Of a DNA stretch of 28,425 nucleotides, positions 8,155 through 16,442 are shown piece by piece. This DNA comes from a virus (lineage: Duplodnaviria > Heunggongvirae > Uroviricota > Caudoviricetes). Every line of letters begins with the position of its first letter. The stretch's first letter is position 1. Below the pieces are notes generated by a model that worked only from the letters and a program-made list of their open reading frames with translations, did not search any database and was not told the DNA's origin. The position numbers were made by a program, and so were the translations under genes. The DNA lies in IMG/VR virus record IMGVR_UViG_2619619134_000010; one strand, 5' to 3'.

Positions 8155-9279
8155 ATGAAGACGAAAAACACGCCCAAACTTGCTTATGCCATTCTGAATG
8201 CCATCAGCCTGTCCGCAGACGGGGACGGTGACTGGTGTCAGATCATGCCAGCCGGTCGGGTAAAGGCCCGTGACGGTCGCCCGGAAAAACCGGCGGAAGG
8301 CTGGCTGATTAACCATGCGGCCGTTGAGCGCATGGTATCCCGGGTTGTGGCGCTCAATCAGCCGGTAAAAATTGACTACAACCACCAGACCCTGATTAAG
8401 GGGCATCCGGCACCGGCTGCCGGTTTTGTCATGGCCTCACCGGAAAACTTCCGCTTCAGTGAAGAGCGGGGTTTTGAAGTGCGTCCGGACTGGAACCCTC
8501 CGGCCATTGAACACCTGCGCAATAACGAATTTCCCTGGTTTTCCCCGGTGATTGGTTATGACGAAATCACCGGTGAACCTGTTGAGCTTCGGATGCTGGC
8601 TATTACCGGTGACCCCGGTCTGACTGGCATGAATCCTGTCGCCGCACTGTCGGCGGATGACCTTTATAACGCCTTAAACCCTCCTTTAAAGGACACCTCC
8701 ATGAATGAGCAATTACGCCAGTTGCTGACGGCGCTCGGTCTGACCGTGGCCGACGGTGACGAATTTACACCGGAACTGGGCACGGCGGCGCTGTCTGCCC
8801 TTACCGGGATCAAAACCCGTGCGGATGCGCACGACACCCTGAAAACGCAGGTTGCCAGCCTGTCGGCAGAGCTGGAAACCGCAAAAGGCACACCAACTGG
8901 CGGCACTATTGATCTGACGAAATACGTGCCCGTTGAGACGTATAACGCCCTGCGTACCGAATATGTCGCGTTGTCGGCACAACACGGCAGCACCACGCTG
9001 GAGCAGTTGCTGGATAAGGCCGAGTCCGAAGGACGCATTTTCAAAAGCGAACGCGGATACATGGAAGGACTCGGACAACAGATTGGTGTTGCGGCACTTT
9101 CTGCACAGCTTGACGCCCGCCAGCCGGTTGCGGCTCTGACCACTCTTCAGACCGACACCGTAACCGTGCCGGATAAAAAGACCGCCACCGCTGCGCTGTC
9201 GGCTGAAGATATCGCCGCCGCCCATCTGCTGGGTAAAACCGAAGCCGAGTTCCTGAAAATGAAAGAGGAAATGCAATAA
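8155..9279 (+). CDS. Head maturation protease / scaffold polyprotein (Mu I-like)
   Basis: 374 aa; N-terminal protease-like part and Ala/Leu/Glu-rich C-terminal part; directly upstream of the major head gene with ATGA overlap-type junction. Confidence 0.8.
   Translation: MKTKNTPKLAYAILNAISLSADGDGDWCQIMPAGRVKARDGRPEKPAEGWLINHAAVERMVSRVVALNQPVKIDYNHQTLIKGHPAPAAGFVMASPENFRFSEERGFEVRPDWNPPAIEHLRNNEFPWFSPVIGYDEITGEPVELRMLAITGDPGLTGMNPVAALSADDLYNALNPPLKDTSMNEQLRQLLTALGLTVADGDEFTPELGTAALSALTGIKTRADAHDTLKTQVASLSAELETAKGTPTGGTIDLTKYVPVETYNALRTEYVALSAQHGSTTLEQLLDKAESEGRIFKSERGYMEGLGQQIGVAALSAQLDARQPVAALTTLQTDTVTVPDKKTATAALSAEDIAAAHLLGKTEAEFLKMKEEMQ
8701..9279 (+). CDS. Nested in-frame scaffold protein (Mu Z-like), from an internal start of the I-like gene
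   Basis: Internal ATG at 8701 preceded by AAAGGA at about 9 nt; downstream part is helical and Ala/Glu-rich. Mu expresses scaffold Z from an internal start of I. Confidence 0.5.
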   Translation: MNEQLRQLLTALGLTVADGDEFTPELGTAALSALTGIKTRADAHDTLKTQVASLSAELETAKGTPTGGTIDLTKYVPVETYNALRTEYVALSAQHGSTTLEQLLDKAESEGRIFKSERGYMEGLGQQIGVAALSAQLDARQPVAALTTLQTDTVTVPDKKTATAALSAEDIAAAHLLGKTEAEFLKMKEEMQ

Positions 9280-10226
9280 TGCCTACCCCGATCACACCGG
9301 CGATGATCACCGCCCTGATGACGGGCTACCGTTCTGATTTTCAGGCCGGGATGTCCATGGCTCCGTCTCAGTACCAGAAAATTGCGATGACCGTACCGTC
9401 CACGTCGAAATCCAACACCTACGGCTGGCTGGGGCAGTTCCCGCAGTTCCGTGAGTGGATCGGCTCCCGCGTCATCGAGAAGATGAAAGCCTATGGCTAC
9501 GCCATCGTGAACAAAACCTTTGAAGGCACCGTTGCCATTAGCCGCGATGACTTTGAAGACGACAATCTTGGCATCTACTCCCCGTTGTTCCAGGAGATGG
9601 GGCGCGCTGCGGCGGCACAACCGGATGAACTGGTCTTTGCTGCACTGCGTGATGGTCTGAATGCGGCCTGCTATGACGGCCAGAACTTCTTTGATACCGA
9701 ACACCCTGTTTACCCCAAAGTGGATGGCTCCGGTGATGCACAGATGGTCAGCAATATGTTTGTGGCAAAAACCGGCTCTGTCGGTGCACAGGCGGATTAC
9801 AGCGGCCCGGCCTGGTATCTGCTTGACTGCTCCCGCGCGGTAAAACCGCTGATTTATCAGGATCGCCGCAAGGCCGAACTGGTTGCCCAGACAAAAGTCG
9901 ATGAAGGCCGTGCGTTTACTGATAACGAGTTTGTGTTCGGTGCTTCCGCCCGTCGCAATGTGGGCTACGGCTTCTGGCAGATGGCCTACATGATGCAGTC
10001 ACCGCTGACGCTGGATGCGCTGTGGCACGGCTGGTCAGCCATGCGTGACTTTAAGGCTGACGGTGGCCGCAAACTCGGCATCAAACCCACCCATATTGTT
10101 GTCCCCACCTCGCTGGAAAAACAGGCGGTGCAGCTGCTGGAGCGCGAGCTGTTCGCGGACGGTAACACCACCGTCTCTAACGAGATGAAGGGCAAGCTGG
10201 AGCTGGTTGTCGCGGATTATCTGTAA
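9279..10226 (+). CDS. Major head (capsid) subunit (Mu T-like)
   Basis: 315 aa; strong SD GAGGAAA upstream; start overlaps the stop of the protease/scaffold gene; position and size match Mu gpT. Confidence 0.85.
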   Translation: MPTPITPAMITALMTGYRSDFQAGMSMAPSQYQKIAMTVPSTSKSNTYGWLGQFPQFREWIGSRVIEKMKAYGYAIVNKTFEGTVAISRDDFEDDNLGIYSPLFQEMGRAAAAQPDELVFAALRDGLNAACYDGQNFFDTEHPVYPKVDGSGDAQMVSNMFVAKTGSVGAQADYSGPAWYLLDCSRAVKPLIYQDRRKAELVAQTKVDEGRAFTDNEFVFGASARRNVGYGFWQMAYMMQSPLTLDALWHGWSAMRDFKADGGRKLGIKPTHIVVPTSLEKQAVQLLERELFADGNTTVSNEMKGKLELVVADYL

Positions 10227-10233
10227 ACGGTGA

Positions 10234-10252
10234 GCCGGGCTTACGGCCCGGC
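10234..10252 (+). other. GC-rich hairpin immediately after the major capsid gene stop
   Basis: gccgggc-ttacg-gcccggc, 7-bp GC stem, 8 nt after the TAA of the capsid gene; no T-tract. Confidence 0.4.
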
Positions 10253-10269
10253 CCCTGCGGAGGGCAAAT

Positions 10270-10623
10270 ATGAATGAACATCACACTGTGGCAGCAACAG
10301 ATGATTCAGGCCTTCAGGTCAGTGGTGACAGTCCTGTCACGGTACTGGCAGAAGTGCGTTGCAGTCGTGCGCAGTTTCGTCGTGCGGGGTTCCTGTTCAT
10401 GCGGGGACGCCAGCAGGTTGACGTCACCCCGGAGCAGCTTGCCCGACTGGAAGCGGAGCCATGCCTCACTGTACGAATACTACAGACGCCTGGTGATGAT
10501 GCGGGAGCCGTGGCGGGTGTGGTTCATGCAGAGACCGGTGCAGATTTAGCCGAAGCCGGACAGGATGCTCCCCGGAAAAAGACCGGCAATAACGCCAGAC
10601 AGGCGAAAAAGGCTCGCGCATGA
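10270..10623 (+). CDS. Hypothetical Mu-like head-region protein (gp35-position)
   Basis: GGAGGG SD before ATG 10270; stop overlaps the next start (ATGA at 10620-10623), indicating translational coupling; chosen over the overlapping alternative frame 10274..10549. Confidence 0.6.
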   Translation: MNEHHTVAATDDSGLQVSGDSPVTVLAEVRCSRAQFRRAGFLFMRGRQQVDVTPEQLARLEAEPCLTVRILQTPGDDAGAVAGVVHAETGADLAEAGQDAPRKKTGNNARQAKKARA

Positions 10624-11039
10624 ATTACGCCACCGAAACCGATATGCGGGCACGTTACCGCGAGGATTTGCTCAGGCCATTACTGGCCGTGCCCCGTTCG
10701 GATGAGCCGGACGCGCGCAAGCTGAACCGGGCACTGACGGACGCGTCTGCCCTTATCGACAGTTACCTGTCTGCCCGTTACACGCTGCCGCTGGCGGTGG
10801 TTCCGGCGGTCCTTGTTCAGCATTGCTGCACGATTGCCTTTTATTACCTGTGCGATCAGCGGGCATCCGATCAGGCGCGTGACCGTTACCGTGAGGCGCT
10901 GGCCTGGCTGAAAGATGTCATGAACGGTAACGTGCCGGTCGGCGTGGATACAGACGGTGCGGCCCCTGAATCCGGGGATTTACCGCAGGTGCAGTCTGAT
11001 GCGGCGGTGTTCGGGCGCAACCAGAAGGGCTTTATATGA
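10620..11039 (+). CDS. Head-tail joining protein (Mu J / gp36-like)
   Basis: 139 aa, coupled to neighbours by overlapping start/stop codons; conserved position after the capsid gene. Confidence 0.65.
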   Translation: MNYATETDMRARYREDLLRPLLAVPRSDEPDARKLNRALTDASALIDSYLSARYTLPLAVVPAVLVQHCCTIAFYYLCDQRASDQARDRYREALAWLKDVMNGNVPVGVDTDGAAPESGDLPQVQSDAAVFGRNQKGFI

Positions 11040-11599
11040 TTACGGAAACCGAGCAAGCGTACATCGCCCGTATCCGTGAGTATTTCGGGAATGAACTGGT
11101 GTCAGTTGACACGCATCCCGGCGACTGGAGCGACAGTGTGCTGCGCACCATGCTGATTAGCGCCCCGGCGATCTACGTTGCCTGGCTGGGTGCCGGTGAA
11201 GGCCGTACCCGTGGGCGTCTGGTCAGCCACTGGGTGTTCTACGTCATCGGCGACATGCTCAATGGCCGTGAGGTCAGCCGTCCCGGGCTTTATCAGATTG
11301 TGGCCCGCCTGATTACCGTGCTGGACGGCTTCAGAACCGAAAAAACCTCACCGCTTTACTTTGAAAAGGCGGTCAACGGTTACACCGAAACGCAGGCCGA
11401 CAGTGGCGCGGTGATGTATGCGCTTTATTTCTCCTGCGAGGAAATGATCGCACCGCTGACTGATATCAGCTCGCTGGATGATTTCCTGCGCCATTACGAA
11501 ACCTTCACCGAACCGGAAGGCACACCGGAATTTAAGGCGCACATCAGCCTGCCAGGTGCAACCGCCGCCGGTGAAAAAGCCGGACCGTCAGAGGAATAA
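11036..11599 (+). CDS. Head-tail joining / tail completion protein (Mu K / gp37-like)
   Basis: 187 aa; ATGA overlap with the upstream gene; conserved position. Confidence 0.65.
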   Translation: MITETEQAYIARIREYFGNELVSVDTHPGDWSDSVLRTMLISAPAIYVAWLGAGEGRTRGRLVSHWVFYVIGDMLNGREVSRPGLYQIVARLITVLDGFRTEKTSPLYFEKAVNGYTETQADSGAVMYALYFSCEEMIAPLTDISSLDDFLRHYETFTEPEGTPEFKAHISLPGATAAGEKAGPSEE

Positions 11600-11602
11600 C
11601 AG

Positions 11603-11890
11603 ATGACAACCATTTTTATCAAACCCGCGCCGGGATGCCTGATCCGCGATCCGGACACCATGAAACCGCTGGCGCAGGAGGGAGAGGAAAAACCCTTCAC
11701 CCCGTTCTGGTGCCGCCGTCTTAATGACGGGGACGTCATTGTGGTGGAAAAAGCGGCTGAAGCAGCACCGGCAGCAGCGTCTGCAACGACTGATGCCGCC
11801 GGAAAACCCGCGGGAGCGGCAGCAGAAAAACCTGCGACTGAAAAACCCGCGACTGAAAAACCCGCAGCATCAGACAAGGGGACGTCCTGA
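11603..11890 (+). CDS. Small protein with C-terminal (EKPAT)x3 repeat (Mu gp38-position)
   Basis: 95 aa; C-terminal Ala/Pro/Lys-rich low-complexity tail encoded by three tandem 15-bp repeats; stop overlaps the sheath start. Confidence 0.6.
   Translation: MTTIFIKPAPGCLIRDPDTMKPLAQEGEEKPFTPFWCRRLNDGDVIVVEKAAEAAPAAASATTDAAGKPAGAAAEKPATEKPATEKPAASDKGTS
11825..11869 (+). repeat. Three tandem 15-bp direct repeats (gaaaaacc[c/t]gcgact-like) inside the 11603..11890 gene
   Basis: Read directly: gaaaaacctgcgact / gaaaaacccgcgact / gaaaaacccgcagca; encodes EKPATEKPATEKPAA in frame. Confidence 0.8.
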
Positions 11891-13392
11891 TGATTAACTT
11901 TGATTATATCGGCGATAACAATCGCATTCCGCTGGTACAGATTGAAATCAATAATTCAATGGCCGTGACCGGCACTCCACCACAGCGTCAGGCGGTACTG
12001 TTGTTTGGTCAGGCTGCAATGAAAGACACCACCATTCAGGGGCGCGGTCAGCTTGATGTACCAGTACGTATTACCCGAGCTTCACAAGCAAGAGAACTCT
12101 GGGGGCGAGGTTCCATGATTGCACTGATGGTAGAGGAATTTATCGCCATTAACCCTGACACAGAGTTATATGCCATTGCACAGGGGGCTGGAACAGGTCA
12201 GTCCAGGGCATGCGTGATGAATATCATTGGAACAGCATTGGCAGACGGGGTGTTAAGTGTTTACATCGGCGGTCGCCGTTACCTCCTGCCCGTCAGTAAG
12301 GGGAAAAAAGGTAAAGAGCTTGTGGAAGAGCTGGCTAAGGTCATTAACGCTGACACTGATGCGCCATTCACTGCTATCGCAGCTGAAGTCAGTGGTGATA
12401 ATGCTGAAGGACTTAAAGGGAGCATGGGGGTTAACGCCCGCTTTATCGGTGAATGCTCAGCTCATGATTTACGGGTGAACTATTATGACGGTGAAACTAC
12501 ACCGGCCGGTCTTACGCTGGAGCTCGTCGCGCCAACACAGAAGGCAACAAACCCCGATATCACCCGTAGCGTCTCAGGGATGGGGAATCGTCAGTACAAC
12601 TACATCGTCATGCCCTATAAGGATGCGACAAATCTCAAAATTCTGGCGGATGAACTGCTGAAACGCTGGGGACCGGTAAAAATGTCGGACGGTATGGTCT
12701 GGATGGCGCATACCGGCACCTTCGGTACGGCAACCAGTTTTGGTGAATCCCGTAATGACTTCCTGTTTACCTGCACTTCTATTCCTAAAGCACCAGAGCC
12801 GGATTATGTCTGGGCGGCCTCCATTTGTGCGGTCTGTGCGCCCTCCCTGTCAACGGATCCGGCCCGACCATTACAGACACTGGCGCTGCCTGCCCGTATG
12901 GCACCTGAAGCACCGGCTCGTCTGACGCGGGAAGAGCGAAACAGCCTGCTTTATACCGGCATGTCCACGGTGACCGTTGCGGCCGCTGATGTGGTGCAGA
13001 TTGAACGTCAGGTGACGATGTACCGTCAGAATGCATACGGCGAAAGCGATCCCAGCTATCTGGATGTAGAAACCATCTACACCCTGTCATATCTGCGTTA
13101 TTCCCTGCGCACCTTTATCACGCAGCGTTTCCCGCGCCACAAACTGGCCGATAACGGTACTCCCGTCCGGCCCGGTCAGAATATCGTGACGCCGGAGATT
13201 ATGACGCTCCAGCTGATTGCACTGGGGGAAGAATGGGTGGAACTCGGGCTGGTCGAAAATCTGGACACCTTTAAAAAGAATCTGCTCGTGGAGCGCAACA
13301 CAAAAGACCGTAACCGTCTGGATGTGATGTGTACACCGGATCTGGTTAACCAGTTCCGCTTCATGGCCGCGCAGATCCGTTTCATTTTGTGA
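11890..13392 (+). CDS. Contractile tail sheath protein (Mu L-like)
   Basis: 500 aa ORF preceding a ~120-aa tube gene; size and order typical of myovirus sheath/tube pairs. Confidence 0.85.
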   Translation: MINFDYIGDNNRIPLVQIEINNSMAVTGTPPQRQAVLLFGQAAMKDTTIQGRGQLDVPVRITRASQARELWGRGSMIALMVEEFIAINPDTELYAIAQGAGTGQSRACVMNIIGTALADGVLSVYIGGRRYLLPVSKGKKGKELVEELAKVINADTDAPFTAIAAEVSGDNAEGLKGSMGVNARFIGECSAHDLRVNYYDGETTPAGLTLELVAPTQKATNPDITRSVSGMGNRQYNYIVMPYKDATNLKILADELLKRWGPVKMSDGMVWMAHTGTFGTATSFGESRNDFLFTCTSIPKAPEPDYVWAASICAVCAPSLSTDPARPLQTLALPARMAPEAPARLTREERNSLLYTGMSTVTVAAADVVQIERQVTMYRQNAYGESDPSYLDVETIYTLSYLRYSLRTFITQRFPRHKLADNGTPVRPGQNIVTPEIMTLQLIALGEEWVELGLVENLDTFKKNLLVERNTKDRNRLDVMCTPDLVNQFRFMAAQIRFIL

Positions 13393-13400
13393 GGTAAGGC

Positions 13401-13766
13401 ATGAGCGGAAAACAGCATCAGGGCACGGCCACCATCCGTGTGAACGGACAGGAGTACGCCACCCTTGAGGGAGCCACGTTCTCCCCGTCCGGCTTTGAGC
13501 GTGAAGTGGTGAAAGGCGCGAAAGTTTACGGCTATCGCGAGAAACCCCGTGAGGCGACGCTGGACTGTAAATTCCCGGCGGGCGGAGAAGGTTCACCGGC
13601 TGCCGATGAAATCAACACCTGGACTGCGGTCACGATTGAGTTCGTGGCCGATACCGGTGAAGTCCACATGATGACGAAGGCCTGGAGCAGTGAACCGGCC
13701 TCGCTTGACGGTGGTGGTGATATCTCCGCGAAGTTCGCCAGCGCCACCAGTACCCGTGTCCAGTAA
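13401..13766 (+). CDS. Tail tube protein (Mu M-like)
   Basis: 121 aa immediately after the sheath gene. Confidence 0.75.
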   Translation: MSGKQHQGTATIRVNGQEYATLEGATFSPSGFEREVVKGAKVYGYREKPREATLDCKFPAGGEGSPAADEINTWTAVTIEFVADTGEVHMMTKAWSSEPASLDGGGDISAKFASATSTRVQ

Positions 13767-13780
13767 TCAGGAAAAATGTA

Positions 13781-14257
13781 ATGAGCACACGTAAGAAAAA
13801 AACGGCGGTTTCTGACGAGGCCGTGATGGAGGCTATCCGGGATGCACTTGAAGACGGCGATCCCCGCACCGCCGGGCTGGCTGAACAACTGGCGAACGGC
13901 TATGTGGATCTGCTCGACGGTCTGCCGTTCGGGGAATCCCGTGAATACCGCGTCACCTTCCGCGAACTGACGGCAAAAGACAGCATTGATGCGGAGAGCG
14001 AGGCCGAGCGTCTTATGGAAACCCGAAACGGTCCGGTTCTTGTGGCCTCACCGGCACTGCGCGGCATTGCGCTGCTGCGCCGTCAGATTGCCGCTGTCGG
14101 CCAGATTGAGGGGCCATTGTCTCCGCGTCAGATAGGACAGCTCAGCGAGCGCGATCTCTCCCGACTGATGGCGGCAGTAAGCCTGCTTGATTCCGCGATG
14201 GCCGGAAAGCTGGTCGCTGAACGGGGGCGATCAGATGCAGTGCCGGGATCAGATTGA
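13781..14257 (+). CDS. Tail assembly chaperone-like protein (Mu Y / gp41-position)
   Basis: 158 aa acidic protein between the tube and tape-measure genes, the usual chaperone position. Confidence 0.6.
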   Translation: MSTRKKKTAVSDEAVMEAIRDALEDGDPRTAGLAEQLANGYVDLLDGLPFGESREYRVTFRELTAKDSIDAESEAERLMETRNGPVLVASPALRGIALLRRQIAAVGQIEGPLSPRQIGQLSERDLSRLMAAVSLLDSAMAGKLVAERGRSDAVPGSD

Positions 14258-14381
14258 AGAAGCCGCAATTGTGCTGGGGATGGTGACAAAAAGCGGCCCG
14301 GAGTGGGCGCTTAACCTCCCCTTATCGCAGCTTTACCGGCACTGCCGACAGACCGAAAAAATTCTCAGAACGAAGCAGTAA
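14235..14381 (+). CDS. Small ORF overlapping the 3' end of the chaperone-like gene in the +1 frame (independent start at ATG 14235, or frameshift extension)
   Basis: ORF 14187..14381 is open in the +1 frame across the stop of 13781..14257; ATG 14235 preceded by GGGGG; ends 3 nt before the tape-measure start. Confidence 0.4.
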   Translation: MQCRDQIEEAAIVLGMVTKSGPEWALNLPLSQLYRHCRQTEKILRTKQ

Positions 14382-14384
14382 CCC

Positions 14385-16442
14385 ATGGCAAAAAACCTGA
14401 AAGCCTCCCTGATTGTCGATTTACTCGGCAATATTTCTGCCAAATCCCGCCAGTGGTCACAGGAGCTGGGGGCATTCTCCCGTTCCGGCAGGACGGGGCT
14501 GGGTGGTCTTGGAAATGCAGCACGTCGTGCCGGTCAGGAGACAGAACTTGTCGGCTCCCGTATGCAGCGAACGCTTGCCGGTGTTCGTGGCAGTATCCGC
14601 ACGGTGACGTCAGATTTTGACCGCCTTCAGGGCAGCATTACCGGCACCATCGGGCGGATAAGCAACCTTTACGGGATGCTGGCGGGAGGGGCTGCGGTCT
14701 ACGGGTTTAATAAAGCCTTTATCCGCCCGGCCGCAGAGATGGAGAACTATATTCTGCGTCTCAACGCCATTAATCATGGCGATACGGCAAAAACGGAAGC
14801 AGTGAAAGCCTGGGCGGTACAGAACGCCAAAGACACCACCTGGGGGCTGGCGGGGGTTATGCAGGAATACGCCTCCAGTCGCGGGTTCGGTATGAGTGAC
14901 AGGGAAGCCCGTCGCTTTATTACCATGCTTCAGGATCAGGGCGGCTATCACGGCTGGTCACTGTCAGATGCACAGGGTGCGTCCCTGCAACTCAAACAGA
15001 TGTTTGCCCGCCAGAGTATCCAGGCAGCGGACGCCAATATTCTGACCGGATACGGGATTAACGTTTACCAGTTGCTGGCCGATAAGCTGGGTGTAAACCA
15101 GAAGATCATCCGTGAGAAAGGCGAGAAAGGAAAACTGGGACCGGACAGCATTCGCCTGTTATTTCAGGTGATGGCCGAACAGGCAAAAGGTGCCCAGAAA
15201 AACGCCATGAACTCATGGACGGGAATGACGTCCATGATGGGTGACGTCTGGGATCAGTTTGCCCGTGACGTGATGGCGAAGGGACCGTTTGACAGCCTGA
15301 AAAAGAGCCTGAAAGGCTTTCTGGATTATGCCGATGCGGCACAGAAAAGCGGCTTACAGGATAAGCTGGCCACACAGACGGCCTCAGCACTGAATCAGGG
15401 ATTTGAGTATGCCAGAGATGCTGCGACCGGCTTTTACCGGGCCATTCAGAAAGTCAGGGAAACGCTTCAGGCACTGCGCGACGCCGGTTATGGCGATGCG
15501 CTGGATCGTATTGGTCAGGGTGCGCAGACCGCCGCAAAGTACCTGATGTATATGTATCTCGCCTCCCGTGCGCTGAAGGTGCTCAGGTTTGCAGGGACGG
15601 GGGCATTACGTCTCGGCGCAACCCCCTTACGCTATGGCATGGCGATGACCTCCGTGCTGACGTCGCCCTTCCGCAAACCGCAGACCACTGTACCGGGAAC
15701 GCAGCCCGGACGCGCTGGCCGGTTCCTGAATTTCCTTACCGGGGTAAATCCGGCTGCCGTTCAGCCCGTGCTGGTCACCAACTGGCCTGCGGGTGGCCTG
15801 GCCTCAGGTGGCGGGGATGTGGTGGTCAGCGGTGACGGCAAAACCGTGCGCGGCCGTAAAAAACGCGGCCCCGGACGTGGACGGGGTGTCACGACCGTCG
15901 TGACTGCCGGTGAGCAACTGGCGGAGAGTGCCGGTAAACAGGGCTTCTTCGGTCGTATGATGAGCCGTGCCGGTGGTCTGCTAACGGCGGCCGGAAACCG
16001 CATGGGGCTGGGGCGTTTTGCCGGGCTGTTCCGTGGTGCCGGTCGGCTGGGTGGTGGTGCCCTGTGGGCCGGTGCCATGGCGGCTCCTGTACTGCTGGAC
16101 AGCAGCGCCAGTGCAGCCGATAAAGCCGGTGCCGTGGGTTCTCTTGCCGGAAGTATCGCCGGTGGCGCGCTGGGGGCGGCTGCCGGTCCGGTCGGGGTTG
16201 CCATTGGTTCCACGGTGGGCAGCTATCTCGGTGATTATCTGGGGGGCTGGCTGACGCAGGCCTGGCAGAAACTGCGTGGCAGCAGTGACGAAAACGGCGG
16301 ACAGGCCACCGCGAAAACCGCCGCACGGGTGGAGCTTGTGGCCCCTGAAGGCTGGCGGGCGCGCAGTATTGATGTGGATGATACCGCACAGCATGGCCTG
16401 GATGTGAACGTCTGGAACGGAGGGAACTATGGCCTCTACTGA
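14385..16442 (+). CDS. Tail tape measure protein
   Basis: 685 aa; Gly/Ala-rich C-terminal region; follows the chaperone position and precedes baseplate genes. Confidence 0.8.
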   Translation: MAKNLKASLIVDLLGNISAKSRQWSQELGAFSRSGRTGLGGLGNAARRAGQETELVGSRMQRTLAGVRGSIRTVTSDFDRLQGSITGTIGRISNLYGMLAGGAAVYGFNKAFIRPAAEMENYILRLNAINHGDTAKTEAVKAWAVQNAKDTTWGLAGVMQEYASSRGFGMSDREARRFITMLQDQGGYHGWSLSDAQGASLQLKQMFARQSIQAADANILTGYGINVYQLLADKLGVNQKIIREKGEKGKLGPDSIRLLFQVMAEQAKGAQKNAMNSWTGMTSMMGDVWDQFARDVMAKGPFDSLKKSLKGFLDYADAAQKSGLQDKLATQTASALNQGFEYARDAATGFYRAIQKVRETLQALRDAGYGDALDRIGQGAQTAAKYLMYMYLASRALKVLRFAGTGALRLGATPLRYGMAMTSVLTSPFRKPQTTVPGTQPGRAGRFLNFLTGVNPAAVQPVLVTNWPAGGLASGGGDVVVSGDGKTVRGRKKRGPGRGRGVTTVVTAGEQLAESAGKQGFFGRMMSRAGGLLTAAGNRMGLGRFAGLFRGAGRLGGGALWAGAMAAPVLLDSSASAADKAGAVGSLAGSIAGGALGAAAGPVGVAIGSTVGSYLGDYLGGWLTQAWQKLRGSSDENGGQATAKTAARVELVAPEGWRARSIDVDDTAQHGLDVNVWNGGNYGLY

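Noticed and set aside
8713-9704. 187-aa and 185-aa minus-strand ORFs over the protease/scaffold and capsid genes
   Set aside because: Antisense to strongly supported head genes; low-complexity translations.
10274-10549. 91-aa alternative-frame ORF overlapping 10270..10623
   Set aside because: The other frame has a good ribosome binding site and an ATGA overlap with the next gene; this frame has neither.
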